Source: Dictyostelium discoideum (lineage: Eukaryota). From it: a stretch of DNA of 64,000 bases. Below the pieces are notes generated by a model. It made no database searches. It was not told where the DNA came from and worked only from the letters and a program-made list of their open reading frames with translations. Made by a program: the position numbers and the translations under genes. The stretch spans positions 2,176,001-2,240,000 of the forward strand of contig CM000154.2 in assembly GCA_000004695.1 (NCBI GenBank), given 5' to 3'. Below, piece by piece: positions 20,236 to 33,539 of this stretch (position 1 is its first letter; each line of letters opens with the position of its first letter).

Positions 20236-21136
20236 GAACGATAAGAATGAAAGTGAATTTGAATCAAAAGAAAAATTAAATTCACCATTTGGGTCATCCA
20301 TACCAAATATTGTAAATAATGAACAATTATCTCCATATTCTCAACAAAGTTTATCCTCTTCCTCATCTGAAAATCCATCACCACAATGGTCAACCAATGG
20401 TCCTTCTCAAACTTCTTCTTCAAAACTCTCAAACTCGACCTCAACACTAATTAATAATAATAACAATTCAATGTCTATTATGAGTATCAATAGTAGTGGA
20501 AATAGTATTAATAATACAACAACCTATAATAATAATAATAATTTTATTAATAATAATAGTAATAATAATAATAATATGGAAATTGATGATGATGATGAAG
20601 ATGGTATTGATGGAATTGAAGGTGAAGATGATTCAAAAAAGAGAATGAGAAAAACAACTCGACCTGATGAAAAGATTTATTTAGAGATTTATTATCAACA
20701 TTTTTATGAAAACAATGGAAAACATTCAAAAGATGAACTAATTACACTTTCCAATAATTTGAATTGGAAAGTAAATAGAATTCAAAGATGGCTTGATAAT
20801 CGTAGAACTAAAGATAAATTAAAAAATCTTCGTGTCTCTCAAGAGAGAACTATTTCATTTGGTGCCAGTTCAACATCATCAACTCAAACGTCAACCAATT
20901 CTCCATCAAGTCAATTATCTCCATTAGTACCAAATATGAACAATAATGATCAACAATCAATTTCAACACCTTCCCTTATTTTATCTCAAATTAATAATAA
21001 TCAAAATAATAATCAAAATAATAATAATAATAATAATACTAACAATGCTGATGTTACACTTATTAGCAATAATAATGTACCAAATACACCAATTATGGCT
21101 AACACTCAATCAAACATTAATTCATTATTAAATTAA
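17093..21136 (+). CDS. homeobox-like transcription factor (1347 aa) with N-terminal 53-residue polyQ, Cys-rich module and divergent C-terminal homeodomain
   Basis: It is a continuous ORF. The C-terminal region is RMRKTTRPDEKIYLEIYYQHFYENNGKHSKDELITLSNNLNWKVNRIQRWLDNRRTK. This fits the homeodomain pattern (helix 3 W-x-x-N-R-R), with an insertion and WLDN replacing WFQN. The Cys/His-rich block CTYNDCCICAYGPP...CYIALYCL...CTFIDCHYETICMRKR (~18470-18720) is unassigned. The start carries a (CAA)55 array. Confidence 0.65.
17101..17268 (+). repeat. (CAA)n trinucleotide array (~55 units) encoding polyQ at the start of the homeobox-like gene
   Basis: A direct read of the sequence with a single CTA interruption. 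The antisense ORF 17067..17312 (poly-V) is an artefact of it. Confidence 0.95.
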
Positions 21137-21485
21137 TAATGGAATCCGATAAGAAAATATAAAAAAAAAAAAAAAAAAAAGTTTTTAAAAACCCCTTTTG
21201 TAAATATTAAAAATAAAATAAAAAATAAAATAAAAAAATAAAAAGATTTTTAACCTAAACAATGATGAATTTTGATCATATCTTGTTTTTTTTTTTTTTT
21301 CAAATAATCATTTTTAAAAAAAAAGATTTTTTTGATTGCATTTATTTGATATTTTTTTTTTTTTTTTTTTTTTTTTCGGGAGATTTTCTTTTTTTTTCTT
21401 TTTTTTTTCTTTTTTTGTCNTGAGATATTTTGTCTAATATGTAAGAAAAGATAAATAGAAAAATAAAAAGGGTAATCAAAAAAAT

Positions 21486-21585
21486 NNNNNNNNNNNNNNN
21501 NNNNNNNNNNNNNNNNNNNNNNNNNNNNNNNNNNNNNNNNNNNNNNNNNNNNNNNNNNNNNNNNNNNNNNNNNNNNNNNNNNNNN
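21486..21585. other. assembly gap (100 N); an isolated n also at 21420
   Basis: A run of n characters in the sequence. Confidence 1.
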
Positions 21586-21757
21586 AAAATTAAAGGGGTT
21601 TTTGAGAAAGTTTATTAATTAAAAAAAGTTCATTTTTGTTTTTTTTTTTAAAACTTTTTTCCCCTGATTGGGGTGGTTAAATTTTTTTTTTTTTTAATTT
21701 TTAATTTTTTTTTAATTTTTTTTTTTGTCGGTCGGGGTTTTTGGAATGGAAAATGGG

Positions 21758-21790
<33 letters not shown>

Positions 21791-21911
21791 AAAAAAATAA
21801 TTTTTTTTTTTTTTTTTTTTTTAACAATATCGATTGTAGTTGTAGCAAAGGGTAAAAAATACATTGTTTTTGGGCATCCCATTTATAAGTTTTTTATTTT
21901 ATTTTTTTAAT

Positions 21912-21949
<38 letters not shown>

Positions 21950-22023
21950 ATAATTGATTTTTTTTTTTTATATATAGATATTTCAAAAAAAAAAATTAAA
22001 AAAAATAAAAAATAAAAAAAAAT

Positions 22024-22057
<34 letters not shown>

Positions 22058-22402
22058 TTAAAATTTTTAACACCAACCACCAATTTTTTTTTTTTTTTTT
22101 TTTTAATTGTACTTAAAATAAAATAAATTTTGTATAAATATTAATATTGTATTATTAAAATAGATAAACCATTATAAATCTACAGCCAAAAAAAAAAAAA
22201 AAAACAAAAAAATAAAATAAAATAAAAAAAAAACAGAAAAAGATTATATCATTAGTTTTGAAAAACTGGGTGTTTCTTCTTTTGTTTTTAAAATTTTTTT
22301 TTTTTTTTTTTTTTTCTTTAAAGCCACACACATACTAGCAATAAACAATAATAACAAAACTAAAATCAACTAAAAGAGAAATAGAAAAAAAAAAAAAAAA
22401 AG

Positions 22403-22707
22403 ATGTCAAATTTAAATATAAATAGTCAAGCACAAAATTCACCAGATCCAACAAGGAGATCGTTTGGTACTGGTGGTAGTGGTAGTACATTTTCACCAGG
22501 CGGTAGCGATTCAAGAATTATGAGTGTAAATATTGTCGATATTATTGGACAACAAGATCATGTAAAAAGCGAAATTTTAGCAAAAAGTAAGAAATCTAAA
22601 AAATACATATACCCTCTATTATCATTATAATATCTTTTTATTTTTAAAAATATTATATAATATAAATATATCAATTAATCATAATAATAATAAATAATTT
22701 ACTAATA

Positions 22708-22770
<63 letters not shown>

Positions 22771-25058
22771 ATTTATAATTTAATTTAGATCAAAAACAAT
22801 TATTCGATTTAAAAAGAGAAATATCACAATCTAGTAAAAAGAATTTTACATTAGAAAGGGATATAAAGAATTTAGATAAAAAGATAGCATTATTAATTAA
22901 GAATAGAATTACATTGGAAGAGATTATGAATAGTGGTGATATAGTTGAATTACAAACTCGAACCGTTACATTGAAGGATAAATCACAAAGGGATCATTAT
23001 GGACAATTATTTTATTTACTTCAAAACAATACCACCTACATTGCACAATTGGCGAAATTGGTAAAGGTTGGAGAGATCGATAATCTATTGCAAACGGTGA
23101 TGTTTACACTCTATGGTAATCAATATGAGGAGAAAGAAGAGCATTTACTATTGTCAATGTTTCAAAAGGTATTACAAGAGGAATTCAAAGAGGCAACATC
23201 CATTGGTTCACTGTTACGTGCCAACACAGCATTGACACGTATGATGACAACATACACACGAAGAGGACCAGGTCAACAATATTTGAAACAACGTCTCACC
23301 AAACCATTGGCTGATATCACCAGCAACAAGGATTTGATATTGGAGGTGAACCCATCCACTGTCTATGAGAATTACATCAACGAGTACGAGACTAAAACCG
23401 GCAAACCTTCACCATTGAAACGTAAGGTATCACCAGAGGAGTGTGCTGATAATCAAAACGTTAAAGATATCATTAAACCACGTATCGATAAACTCATTGA
23501 AATTGGTGACCAATTCTTGGACTCCATTCTATCGAGTGTTGACGCCGTTCCCTATGGTATTCGTTGGATTTGCAAACAAATTCGTGAATTGGTAAAACAA
23601 AAGTTCCCACAAGCAACCCGTGCTCAAACTTGTGGTTTAATAGGTGGTTTCTTCCTCCTTCGTTATATTAATCCCGCCGTTGTCACTCCACAAGCATTCA
23701 TGTTGGTCGATGCTAAACTTTCAAATAACACCAAGAGAAATCTAACTTTTCCCGCTAAAATGCTTCAAAACCTTGCAAATAATATCATGTTTGGTGGCGT
23801 AAAAGAGTTCTTTATGGAACCACTCAATGTATTTTTAGATAGGAACAAGGATCGTTTAAATGACTTTTTGGAATCCCTCACTGACGTAGAGTCTTTGAGT
23901 GATCACCTTCAATTAGATAAATATTTAGCAATGGCAAAAACTTCCGATATCACCATCAATATCACTTTGAATGAAATGTACTTTGTTCATTCCCTATTGG
24001 AGCAACATATCAATAGTTTGGCACCCGATCAAAATGATCCACTTCGTGTGATCTTAAATGATTTAGGTGCTGCTCCACCACAATTATCTCGTACCGAGAA
24101 TGCAAATGTCGAATTGAAACTCACAAATCGTTTCGCTGCCGATCATCATAATTTACCAACTTCCTCATCAACCTCTTCATCTTTAAATATAGGTGGTTCA
24201 GTTGGTGGTGGCGGTGGAGGTGGTGGTGGTGATAATACATCGGGTCAATCAAATCCTGAACAAGTTTACAATGAAACCAAATATTTATTGATCACTGTAC
24301 TTCGTTCATTGGCTTCAACTCCTGGTACCGGTGATATGGGTGCATCTTTAGCAGAGGTTGCTAAACATGCTGCACTCAATAAGAATCAAGATATTGTAGA
24401 TAACATTAAAAAGATATTGGTCAATGTAAAGAAACTCTCATTGGAAGGCTATTTGAAAGGTGAAGATGATAATTTCACTCAACTTCGTAAAGATATCGTA
24501 GCGGAATTACTCAACTATGAAACCTATATCAGTAAAACTGCTAAAGACATTGAAAAACTTAAAGAGGTTTTATCAGCAATTCATCAACATAATCTATTCT
24601 TACAACAACAATTGGATTACTACGAAAAATATCTTTCAAATGTTCGTGAAAATTGTGGTACCAATGCAAGTGGTAGTAGTGATAAGAAATCAAAGAAGGA
24701 TAAAGATAAAAACAAAGATAAAGACTCTTCCACTGATAAAGCAACTGGAAAGAAAGCTATGGTTAAAAAGGGTCCTTTCAAATTTAGTTACAATCAAATG
24801 GAAAAGGATGGCTTAATCTGTCAATCCGAAGTACCAGAAGATAGAAGATCAAACATATTCTTCTCTTTTAGTTCTGAATCTCCTGGTATCTACGATGTCG
24901 TATTAATCTATAGAACTACCGCTGTCTCTGAAATTAGGTTACAATTAGATGAACTCTTGGAAATGCAATCAAATGGTCAAACTGAATACGAAACAACTTT
25001 CTTTAAATTAAATGTTAATTTATTGTTATATGTTTTAAATAAAACATTTATTTCATAA
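22403..25058 (+). CDS. IQGAP-related RasGAP-domain protein (DGAP1/GAPA family), ~817 aa
   Basis: The CDS is join(22403..22586, 22789..25058). The intron runs 22587-22788 (GTAAGA ... TTTAG, phase 1) and contains a (TTA)n array. A RasGAP signature is present (FLLRYINPAVVTPQAFML; compare RasGAP FLRFINPAI). There is a coiled-coil N-terminus and a Gly-rich linker. The length is close to the 822 aa reported for DGAP1, but I cannot distinguish rgaA from gapA from memory. Confidence 0.8.
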
Positions 25059-25167
25059 ATTAATTATAGAATTTTTTTTAAAAAAAAAAAAAATAAAATA
25101 AAAAGAAGTAAAAAAAAAAAAAAAGAAATTAGATAAATAATAAATAAACTACAAATAATAAATAACA

Positions 25168-25175
<8 letters not shown>

Positions 25176-25258
<83 letters not shown>
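25176..25258. repeat. (AAT)n microsatellite (~28 units) downstream of the RasGAP gene
   Basis: A direct read. The antisense poly-Y and poly-I ORFs 25064..25378 and 25129..25335 are artefacts of it. Confidence 0.9.
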
Positions 25259-25263
<5 letters not shown>

Positions 25264-25637
25264 CAGTAATAAAAAAAAGAAAAAGAAAAAGAAAAGAAAG
25301 AAAAAAATAAAAATAATAATAATCAAAACCAACACTCTTTAATTCAAGAACGATGCTTATACATGTTTTCAAATCCAATTTTAAATAAAATAATTTTTAT
25401 TGTAACATTATTAAAAAATTGATTTCCAATCAAAAACCACAGTCCAAAAATAGACTCAATTTCCCATTTTATTGTTATTATTTTTATTTTCTTATTTCAT
25501 TTTTATTTTAATTTTTATTTTATTTTTTTTTTTTTTTTTTTAATTAATTTCGGTTAAAAAAGCAAAAACAAAAAAAAAGCGAAAAAAAAAAATTATGAAA
25601 TGAAACATACCTTGGTATAATGAATTATAGTTAAACC

Positions 25638-27235
25638 ATGATAAACAATATAAATAGAATAAAGAAAACTTATAATACATTTTTAAATGTTAATAAATTA
25701 AGATATTCAACCTCAATAATATCTTCAAATATTTTAGAAAATGATAATAATAATATTGATGATTTTGAACAGGTTTTAAAGAGTACAAAAGTAAGAATGC
25801 CAACATCAGCTTTATTATTACCAAAGAAACCTAAAGTTTGTATTGGTATGTCTGGTGGCGTAGATTCAACAATTACTGCAAAATTATTAAAATTACAGGG
25901 TTTTGATGTTACTGGTGTTTTTATTAAAAGTTGGGATGAAGTTGAAGATACTGGTAGATGCCAAGGCGAACGTGATTGGAAAGATGCTTTAGAAGCTTCA
26001 AATTTTTTAGATATACCAATGTATAAAGTAAATTTTAATATCATTATTTAAACATATTTTTCAATATTAATTTTTGTTTTTTTTTATTATTATTCACACA
26101 CAATTATTTTTATTTTATCCTATTTTATTTTATTTTTTATTATTTTTTTTAATAGGCAGATTTTGTAAAAGATTATTGGAATAGAGTTTTTGTAGATTTT
26201 TTAAAAGATTATAAAAATGGGTTGACCCCAAATCCAGATGTATGGTGTAATAGAGAAATTAAATTTGATTTATTTTTTGATTTTGCAAAAGAGAATTTTG
26301 GTGTTGATTATATTGCAACAGGTCATTATTCAAATCTATATTATGGTGAAGAAAATGTTGGTGATAATAATAATAATAATTTACAATTACATAGAGCAAT
26401 TGATAAAAATAAAGATCAAACATTCTTTTTATGTATGACAAAAGGTGAAAGATTAAAACAAGCAATCTTCCCAATTGGTGGATTTACAAAGGAAAATATT
26501 GTTTCATTTGCAAAAACTATACCAAATTTCTCAAAAATTACATCAAAAAAATCAAGTAGAGGAATTTGTTTCATTGGAAAAAGACCTTTACCTGATTTTC
26601 TATCACAATATATGACTTTAAAACCTGGAGATTTCTTTGATATTTCAACAAACTCATTCATTAAAGGTAAAAAACACAAAGGTTCAGTTTGTTATACAAT
26701 GGGTCAAAAAGCAAATATTGATTCTTTATCAGAAAGGTAATTATTACCAATCAATTCTTAATTTAATTTTACTTCTAATGGAGAGGTTAAATAATTAAAT
26801 TCAAAAAAAAAAAAAACTATGATATTAATTTATTATATTTTATTTTAAAGGTATTTTATAGTTAGATCAGATATTGAAAGAAATATTGTATATGTTTGTC
26901 CAGAATCACAATTTGATCAATTTTCACTTTATTATGAATTTAATACACATTCATTCAATTGGATAAATGAAATACCGACTGAAGTTAAATCAGAACAAGG
27001 TTTTAAAGGAAGAGGAATTTGTAGACATCGTGGTGATGTAGTTAATTTAACAATTAAAGATACTGGTAAAACTTCACCAATAGATGGTAGTGTTATTTAT
27101 TCTGTTAATTTAGATCAACCATTAAGAAGTGTCGCCTCTGGTCAAATACTTTGTCTTTTTGATAGAAATACTGATAGATGTTTTGGTGGTGGTGTAATTA
27201 ACTCTTCTCCATTATATAATCCAACCCAATTTTAA
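25638..27235 (+). CDS. tRNA-specific 2-thiouridylase MnmA / mitochondrial MTU1 (TRMU) homologue, 451 aa
   Basis: The CDS is join(25638..26027, 26156..26736, 26851..27235), with introns 26028-26155 (phase 0) and 26737-26850 (phase 2). It aligns colinearly with E. coli MnmA. Matching motifs include the PP-loop CIGMSGGVDS, ADFVKDYWNRVF (MnmA AAEYWDNVF), TPNPDVWCNREIKF (TPNPDILCNKEIKF), DYIATGHY, and the C-terminal YFIVRSDIERNIVYVCPE (WYVVDKDVENNILVVAQG). The N-terminal ~60 aa look like a mitochondrial presequence. Confidence 0.85.
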
Positions 27236-27345
27236 TAAATTACATTATTATTTTATTTATTTTTTTTTATTAAAAAAAAAAAGAAAAAAAAAAAAACTTT
27301 TAGAAATTCCCATTTTTTTATTTTTTTATTTTTTATTTTAAGAAA

Positions 27346-27786
27346 TCAAAGAAATCTTTCTAAAATTATAAATTCTCTACCATCTTTAGTATATTTTTGA
27401 TTTGTAAGATTAAAATTAAATTTTTTAATATAAAATTCTGATTTTTCAATTCTAGCATTACACCAAATTCTTTTGATTGAATTAATTTTAGCATAATTTA
27501 TAACATATGAAAGTAATTTCGTTCCATAACCTTTATTTTGATATTCAACTTTAGTTGCAAACTTTCTAAATTGAATTTCATTTTTTTCTTTATTTAAAAA
27601 TAATGAAACGATTGATATTGGTTTTATATCACTATCATTTTCATATAGCCCTAAATGGATTGTATTACCATTTTGATCTTGATCATTTTCAACTTTTACA
27701 TAATCCAAATCTTTTTCTGGATACATAACATTCCTTCTTAACTCTAATATATCATTATAATTACATTCTTTTATTATTACATTCAT
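27346..27786 (-). CDS. GNAT-family N-acetyltransferase (146 aa)
   Basis: Intronless ORF with an ATG at 27786-27784. It carries the acetyl-CoA binding motif QFRKFATKVEYQNKGYGTKLLSYV (Q/R-x-x-G-x-G/A). Confidence 0.7.
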   Translation of the reverse strand: MNVIIKECNYNDILELRRNVMYPEKDLDYVKVENDQDQNGNTIHLGLYENDSDIKPISIVSLFLNKEKNEIQFRKFATKVEYQNKGYGTKLLSYVINYAKINSIKRIWCNARIEKSEFYIKKFNFNLTNQKYTKDGREFIILERFL

Positions 27787-28021
27787 TTTAATTTTTTTTT
27801 TTTTGTTGATTTATTTTTTTTTAAAAAAAAAAAAACAAAAAAAAAACTGAAAAACTATTAATAAAAAACTTAAAAAAAAAAAAAAAAAAAAAGAAATTTT
27901 TATCTATAATTTTGGAAATTATCCACTTCTTCAAATAAGAAAATAGATAATATTACTAATTAATAATTTTATCATATTATCTATTTTTAAAAAAAGAGTT
28001 ATTATTAATTTTAAAACTCTT

Positions 28022-28054
<33 letters not shown>

Positions 28055-28227
28055 CCCAAACCAATTTATTATTTAATTTTGAAATATGGATTAAATTATT
28101 TATTTGTATAGAAATGAGTTTGAACTTAAAAAAAAAAAAAAAAGAAGATATTGAAGATACATTTACTTAGATATTATCTAAACATTATTTATTTATATTT
28201 ATATTTTTTTATTTTTTTATTTAATTT

Positions 28228-29372
28228 AATTTATTGATTTTGTTGTTGTTGTTGTTTTCTTGAAATTCTTCTTTGTATTAATTGTTTTTGTAAGTTTATT
28301 AAATTTATAGATTCTTCAGATGAAATAACTTTAGGAAGGATTTTCTTATCACTTGAATTAACAATAGTTTCTTTAGTTGCTGGTCTGAAAACCAATTCCT
28401 CATCTTTAATCATATCATCTAAAGTTGGGAAATAAGTTGGGAAAGGTGGAGCTTCTTTCCATTTCATTGATCTTGAATCTGTGATCTTTAAATATCCACC
28501 TTTTTTACCTGGAACAGCACCTTTAACTAAAAGACAATTCATTTCTGTATTGATTTTAAGTACTTGTAAATTTTTAACTGTACAACTCTTTCCACCTAAT
28601 CTACCTGGCATTTTTCTACCTTTAAATACTCTACCTGGTGTCTAAATAAAAAAAACAATAAAAAAAAAATAAAAAAATTAATAAATAAATAATTTTACTA
28701 TATAAATTTTATAGATTAGTAACTTACTTGTCTACAACCAGTAGAACCAATTGCTCTATGAGTTAAAGAAACACCATGAGTTGCAGGTTGACCACTGAAA
28801 TGCCATCTTTTCATACCACCAGCAAAACCTTTACCAGTGTTTGTACCTTTAACGGTGATTAATTGACCAGGTAAGAAATGTTTTGGTAAGATTGGAGTAC
28901 CCAATTCCAAGTTCATAGCATTTCTAGTGACACGGAATTCCATTAAAACTCTTTTTGGTGGTACATTTGCTTTTGCGAAATGACCTTGTAATGTTTTTGA
29001 AACATTTTTTAATTTAATTTCATCGGCACCAACTTGAATCATATCAACACCATCATTGACTTTTCTTTTAATTTGTGTCACTTGATTATTTGGTAATTGA
29101 ATCACTGTGACTGGATAAGCAATATCACCAATATAGGTTGTCAACATACCAACCTTTTTACCAATTGCACCAACACGATGACTAACTTTTGTCCATCCTG
29201 ATTTTGTATCACGTCTAAATGGTGCTTCCATTGCTTTTTGTCCAAATGATGGTTTTGGAATAATCCATGTACCTGCATAACTTGCTTTACCATTTCTTTG
29301 ATTCATCGATATTATATTATTTGAAAATCCATTAATTGGCATTTTTCTCATAACTTGACTAATTTTATCCAT
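28228..29372 (-). CDS. bacterial-type ribosomal protein uL3 (mitochondrial ribosomal protein L3), ~352 aa
   Basis: The CDS is join(28228..28641, 28728..29372) on the minus strand, with the intron at 28642-28727 (GTAAGT..TTTAG, phase 0). Bacterial uL3 motifs are present: [36 protein letters not shown] | [17 protein letters not shown]...[32 protein letters not shown]. It lacks the eukaryotic cytosolic RPL3 architecture, so a mitochondrial role is inferred. Confidence 0.85.
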
Positions 29373-29888
29373 ATTTTTATATCTATATTATTGGTTTCTT
29401 CCAAAAACAATCTGCTAACCTACAATAATGATAATAATAAATATGTTTGATCAAAATTTTATGAAAAAGACGAAAAAAAAAAAAAAATAAAAAAAAATAA
29501 TTGTTTGAAAAATTGAAAAAAAAAAAAAAAAAAAAAATGAAAAAAAGTTTTTCATTTTTTTTTTTTTATTTTTATTTTTTAATTTTTTTTTTTTGTTTTT
29601 TTTCATTGCACTTAAAAAATTAATAATTAAATAATGATAAGATTTTTTTATTGTTTAATTTAGATAATGTTAAATTTTAAAAAAATAAAATAAATTATTA
29701 TTATTATTATTATTTATAATTATCTTAATTACTTTATTTTATTTTATTTTTTTTATTTCCAACCAAACAATTGTTTATTTAAATTTGATGATTTGTTTAA
29801 AAAAAAAAACAAAAAAAATTATTTTTATAAACTTTTGATTTAATTTTACTTTTTATTTCCATTTCCGGCTTTTTCGGCATAAGAATTT

Positions 29889-29921
<33 letters not shown>

Positions 29922-30144
29922 AAATAAAATGAAAAATAAAAAAAAAAAAAAAAATAAAAACATTTAGGGGGTGCTTTATTTAATTACAAAATTTTTTTTT
30001 TTTTTTTTTCGATATCACCAAACACACAGATAAACATAATTTTTTAATTCAAATTTTTTTAAAAAAAAAAAAAAAAAAAAAAACCAAAATAGAAAAACCA
30101 ATTTATTATATAATTAATAAAAAAAAAAAAAAAAATAATTAATA

Positions 30145-30765
30145 ATGACATTTAATATTTGTGTATTAATATCAGGTAATGGTACAAATTTACAAGCAAT
30201 AATTGATGCAATTGAAAGTAAATATTTAAATGTTTGTATAAAAGTTGTAATTTCAAATAAAGAAACAGCTTATGGATTAGAGAGAGCAAAGAAAGCATCA
30301 ATTGAAACACGTGTATTCTCACTTCAAAAATATTTAAAACAAGATCCAATCAATAATACACGTTCAACCTATGGATTGGAATTAGCAAAGATCATTAGAG
30401 AATACTCATCGATTGATTTAATAGTTTTAGCCGGTTGGATGATTATATTACCAGCAACATTTTTAAAAGAATTTACAGATAATAAACCAACCATCGATAT
30501 AATTAATCTTCATCCAGCATTACCAGGTCAATATCCTGGTGCACATGCAATCGAACGTGCTTTCAATGATTTCAAAGAAAATAAAATAAAACATTCAGGT
30601 ATAATGATTCATAAAGTTATTGAAGAAGTTGATGCTGGTGAAGTTATCTTAACAAAAGAAATTCCAATACTTCCAACTGATACATTAGAATCTTTAGAAG
30701 AAAGGTTTCATCAACAAGAACATAAATCATTAGTTGAATCAATAAAATTATTATCAACAAAATAA
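30145..30765 (+). CDS. purN: phosphoribosylglycinamide formyltransferase (PurN / GART), 206 aa
   Basis: Intronless ORF. Matching motifs are VLISGNGTNLQAII (PurN N-terminus), LIVLAGWMIIL and INLHPALPG (the NIHPSLLP catalytic loop). Confidence 0.85.
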   Translation: MTFNICVLISGNGTNLQAIIDAIESKYLNVCIKVVISNKETAYGLERAKKASIETRVFSLQKYLKQDPINNTRSTYGLELAKIIREYSSIDLIVLAGWMIILPATFLKEFTDNKPTIDIINLHPALPGQYPGAHAIERAFNDFKENKIKHSGIMIHKVIEEVDAGEVILTKEIPILPTDTLESLEERFHQQEHKSLVESIKLLSTK

Positions 30766-30847
30766 ATAAATGATAATTATTATTATTATTTTTAAAAAAT
30801 ATATATAATTTATTTCTTTTTTTTATTTTTATTTTTAATTTTTAATT

Positions 30848-32565
30848 TTAATTATTATTATTATTATCAATTTCAGTTAATTCAACTGGTAAATAATGAT
30901 TATTTTGTTTTCTAAATTTCTTTTTATAGAAAAGATAAAAAGATATTATTAAAACAGCAAAAGCTGTAATACAAATTACAGTGAATAATGTCCAACCATT
31001 TAAAGTTTTTTCAACTTCATCTTCTTCAATTTCTTCAGTGATTAAATAGATTGCATCGGTTTGTTCAATTTGATAAGATGATGAACTAATTAAACTATTA
31101 TTTAAGAAAATCTTTGTTGAAATGAATTGATTTGAATAACGACCACTTTCACATTTGAGTATATGATATTCACTATGATATTCAATATTTGGATTGAAAT
31201 AAATCTCTAAATCACCATTGAATAAACAATCACCATCAATTAAAAGATGTGGTGAAATTCTACCCAATCTATCGAATCTAATTAAACTTTGTTTTGAATA
31301 AATCTTTAGATCACCTTTAACCACTAATTTATTTAAAAGTAGATCAGAATTAATATTTGAGATTAATAATGTTGCGTTTCCATTCAACAATAAACTATCA
31401 GAAAGGTCCAATGTCGATTGTGCCCCGCCAACCACTGACAAAACACCGCCATTCAATGTTAAATTATAACATTGTATAGTGGAATTATCCAATGTTATCA
31501 TTGCCCCATTGAATAGAGTTAATCTCGCATTCTTATTTCGGTCCATTAATAATGACGAATTCGATTTAAATATAAGATCACCCCGAATATCCATTTTTGA
31601 ATGTTGATCATTAATTCTAACCATTGAATCATTCATAAAGGTAACCGTTGATTCACTATCAATATAAACCAAGGATTTACTTATATCAATGCCTTTTACT
31701 ATTGAATTTTCATTTCTAAACGTTAACGATGTGGAACTATCACTTGAGTTACCATTACTACCTCTATCAGTGATTGATGTAATAATTGAGTTTTTAATTA
31801 TAATTTGATTACCAATATCAGTTTGAATAATTGTATTTTCCAAATTTGATAATGTAATCTTTTCTCTAACTGAATTTTCCAATTGAATTTTACCACCGAT
31901 AATATTTGAAATTTCAACATTTATAAATTCGAAATTATCAACTTCTTTATCACTACCAATTATAATTTGTGAATTTTCTGAATTTAAAAGTTTAATATTC
32001 CCAACTTTTAAATTTTTATTTAAAATAAATGTTGAACTATCATCATCATCACTATCATTCTCTTCATCTTTATTATCAATTGGTGCTTGAAATCTAATTG
32101 ATGATTTTGATTCAATTTTAAAAGCACCATCTTCTGGATCACTATTGAATTTACCATTTACAATAACATTTGAAGATTCTGCTATTGTGAAACCAACACC
32201 TGATATTGATAAATCAACAAATTCAGATTCTTTATGTAATACACAATTACCTTTAATTGATACACTTGAATCATGAGAATATGATTTTATACCATTTGAG
32301 AAATAACAAGTTGGATCATTTATTATACTCATAAATTCGATATCCATAATTGTTGATTTTAATGTTAAACGTGGTTCAAATCTGAATTTTTCATCACTTT
32401 CATTTCCACTACCAATAAGTTGTAATTTTGAATTCTCTACATTAACTGTTATTGCTTCTGTATTTAAATCAATGATTTGAAATTTTATTTCACTATTTAT
32501 AATATTAATTGTACTATTATCAATTTCACATTGTAATTGTTTAATTAAACCAATTTTTGAATTAT

Positions 32566-32597
<32 letters not shown>

Positions 32598-32977
32598 TTA
32601 TAGTTATTTAATTCAATTATTAAATTTGCACCATTAACTTTTAAATTTTGGATATTTAATTGATCTAATGATTGTGTTGAATTATCATTTGAAATTTTAA
32701 AATGAACTGTTACACCATTTAATAAATCTATATTTGGTATATTTATGTTTTTATCTATTACATAATAACTATTTTCACCTGAAAATTTTAATAAATCACA
32801 AGTTTCATTGGTAGGAACTTTATTTGTTGGCCATATTGATTTTTGATTAAAATTGCATGGTTTACTTTTAGAACAATCCATCTCAATTGGTGAACAATAC
32901 ATACATACTACATTATTTATATGAAATGATAATGTTATTAAAATTAACAATAATGAAAATTTTAAAAACTTAATCAT
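30848..32977 (-). CDS. hypothetical type I membrane glycoprotein-like protein (709 aa): signal peptide, Ser/Asn/Ile-rich ectodomain, single C-terminal TM
   Basis: Continuous ORF with an ATG at 32977-32975. The N-terminus is hydrophobic (MIKFLKFSLLLILITLSF). A C-terminal TM helix (WTLFTVICITAFAVLIISFYLFY) is followed by a basic KKKFRK stop-transfer sequence. No recognised domain. Confidence 0.6.
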
Positions 32978-33539
32978 TTTATTTTATTTTATTTTTTTAA
33001 TTATATACATATAATTTTTATAAAAATTTAAATGATATATAGAGAGAAGAGACAGAGAGAAGTTATAATTTTTATTTTTAATTAAAAAAAAAAAAAAAAA
33101 AAAGAAAAAAAATTAATTTTTAAAAACCAACCAAAAAAAAAAAAATTAAATTGAAAAAAAAATAAAAAAAAAAATAAATAAAAATAAAAAATTTAGCTCT
33201 AAATATGTAGTAATTGCGGAGTCAGCAAAACCAAAATTTCTATGAAAATTAAAACCAAGATTGTAATCAAGATTGGTTAAAAAAAATATTAAACAAAACT
33301 TTTGGACAAAAAAAAAAAAATTTATAATCATTTTAATTTTTTTTATTTTTTTATTTTTCCATAATTACCAAAATATCTTAAAATCACTCTTTTTTTATTT
33401 TTTATTTTTTTTTAAAATTTTTTTTTTTATTAATTTTTTTGAATTTTCCTTAATCACTTTTTTTTTTTTGATTTCATTTTTTTTTTTTTTTTTTGTTTTA
33501 TTTTATTTTCAAACGAACGATATAAAAAAAAAAAAAAAG

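Noticed and set aside
26021-26051. Apparent read-through ...YKVNFNIII* at the end of MnmA exon 1
   Set aside because: The in-frame KVNF looks like the conserved VNF of MnmA. However, splicing at GTAAAT (26028) to the AG at 26155 gives YK|ADFVKDYW, which aligns without gaps to E. coli HTVNFAAEYW. The read-through is therefore intronic.
33273-33539. N-terminal 89 residues of ORF 33273..34139 (poly-F/I/K)
   Set aside because: This is translation of a T-rich promoter region. The NIPSNAP homology and the A-rich Kozak context start at ATG 33540.
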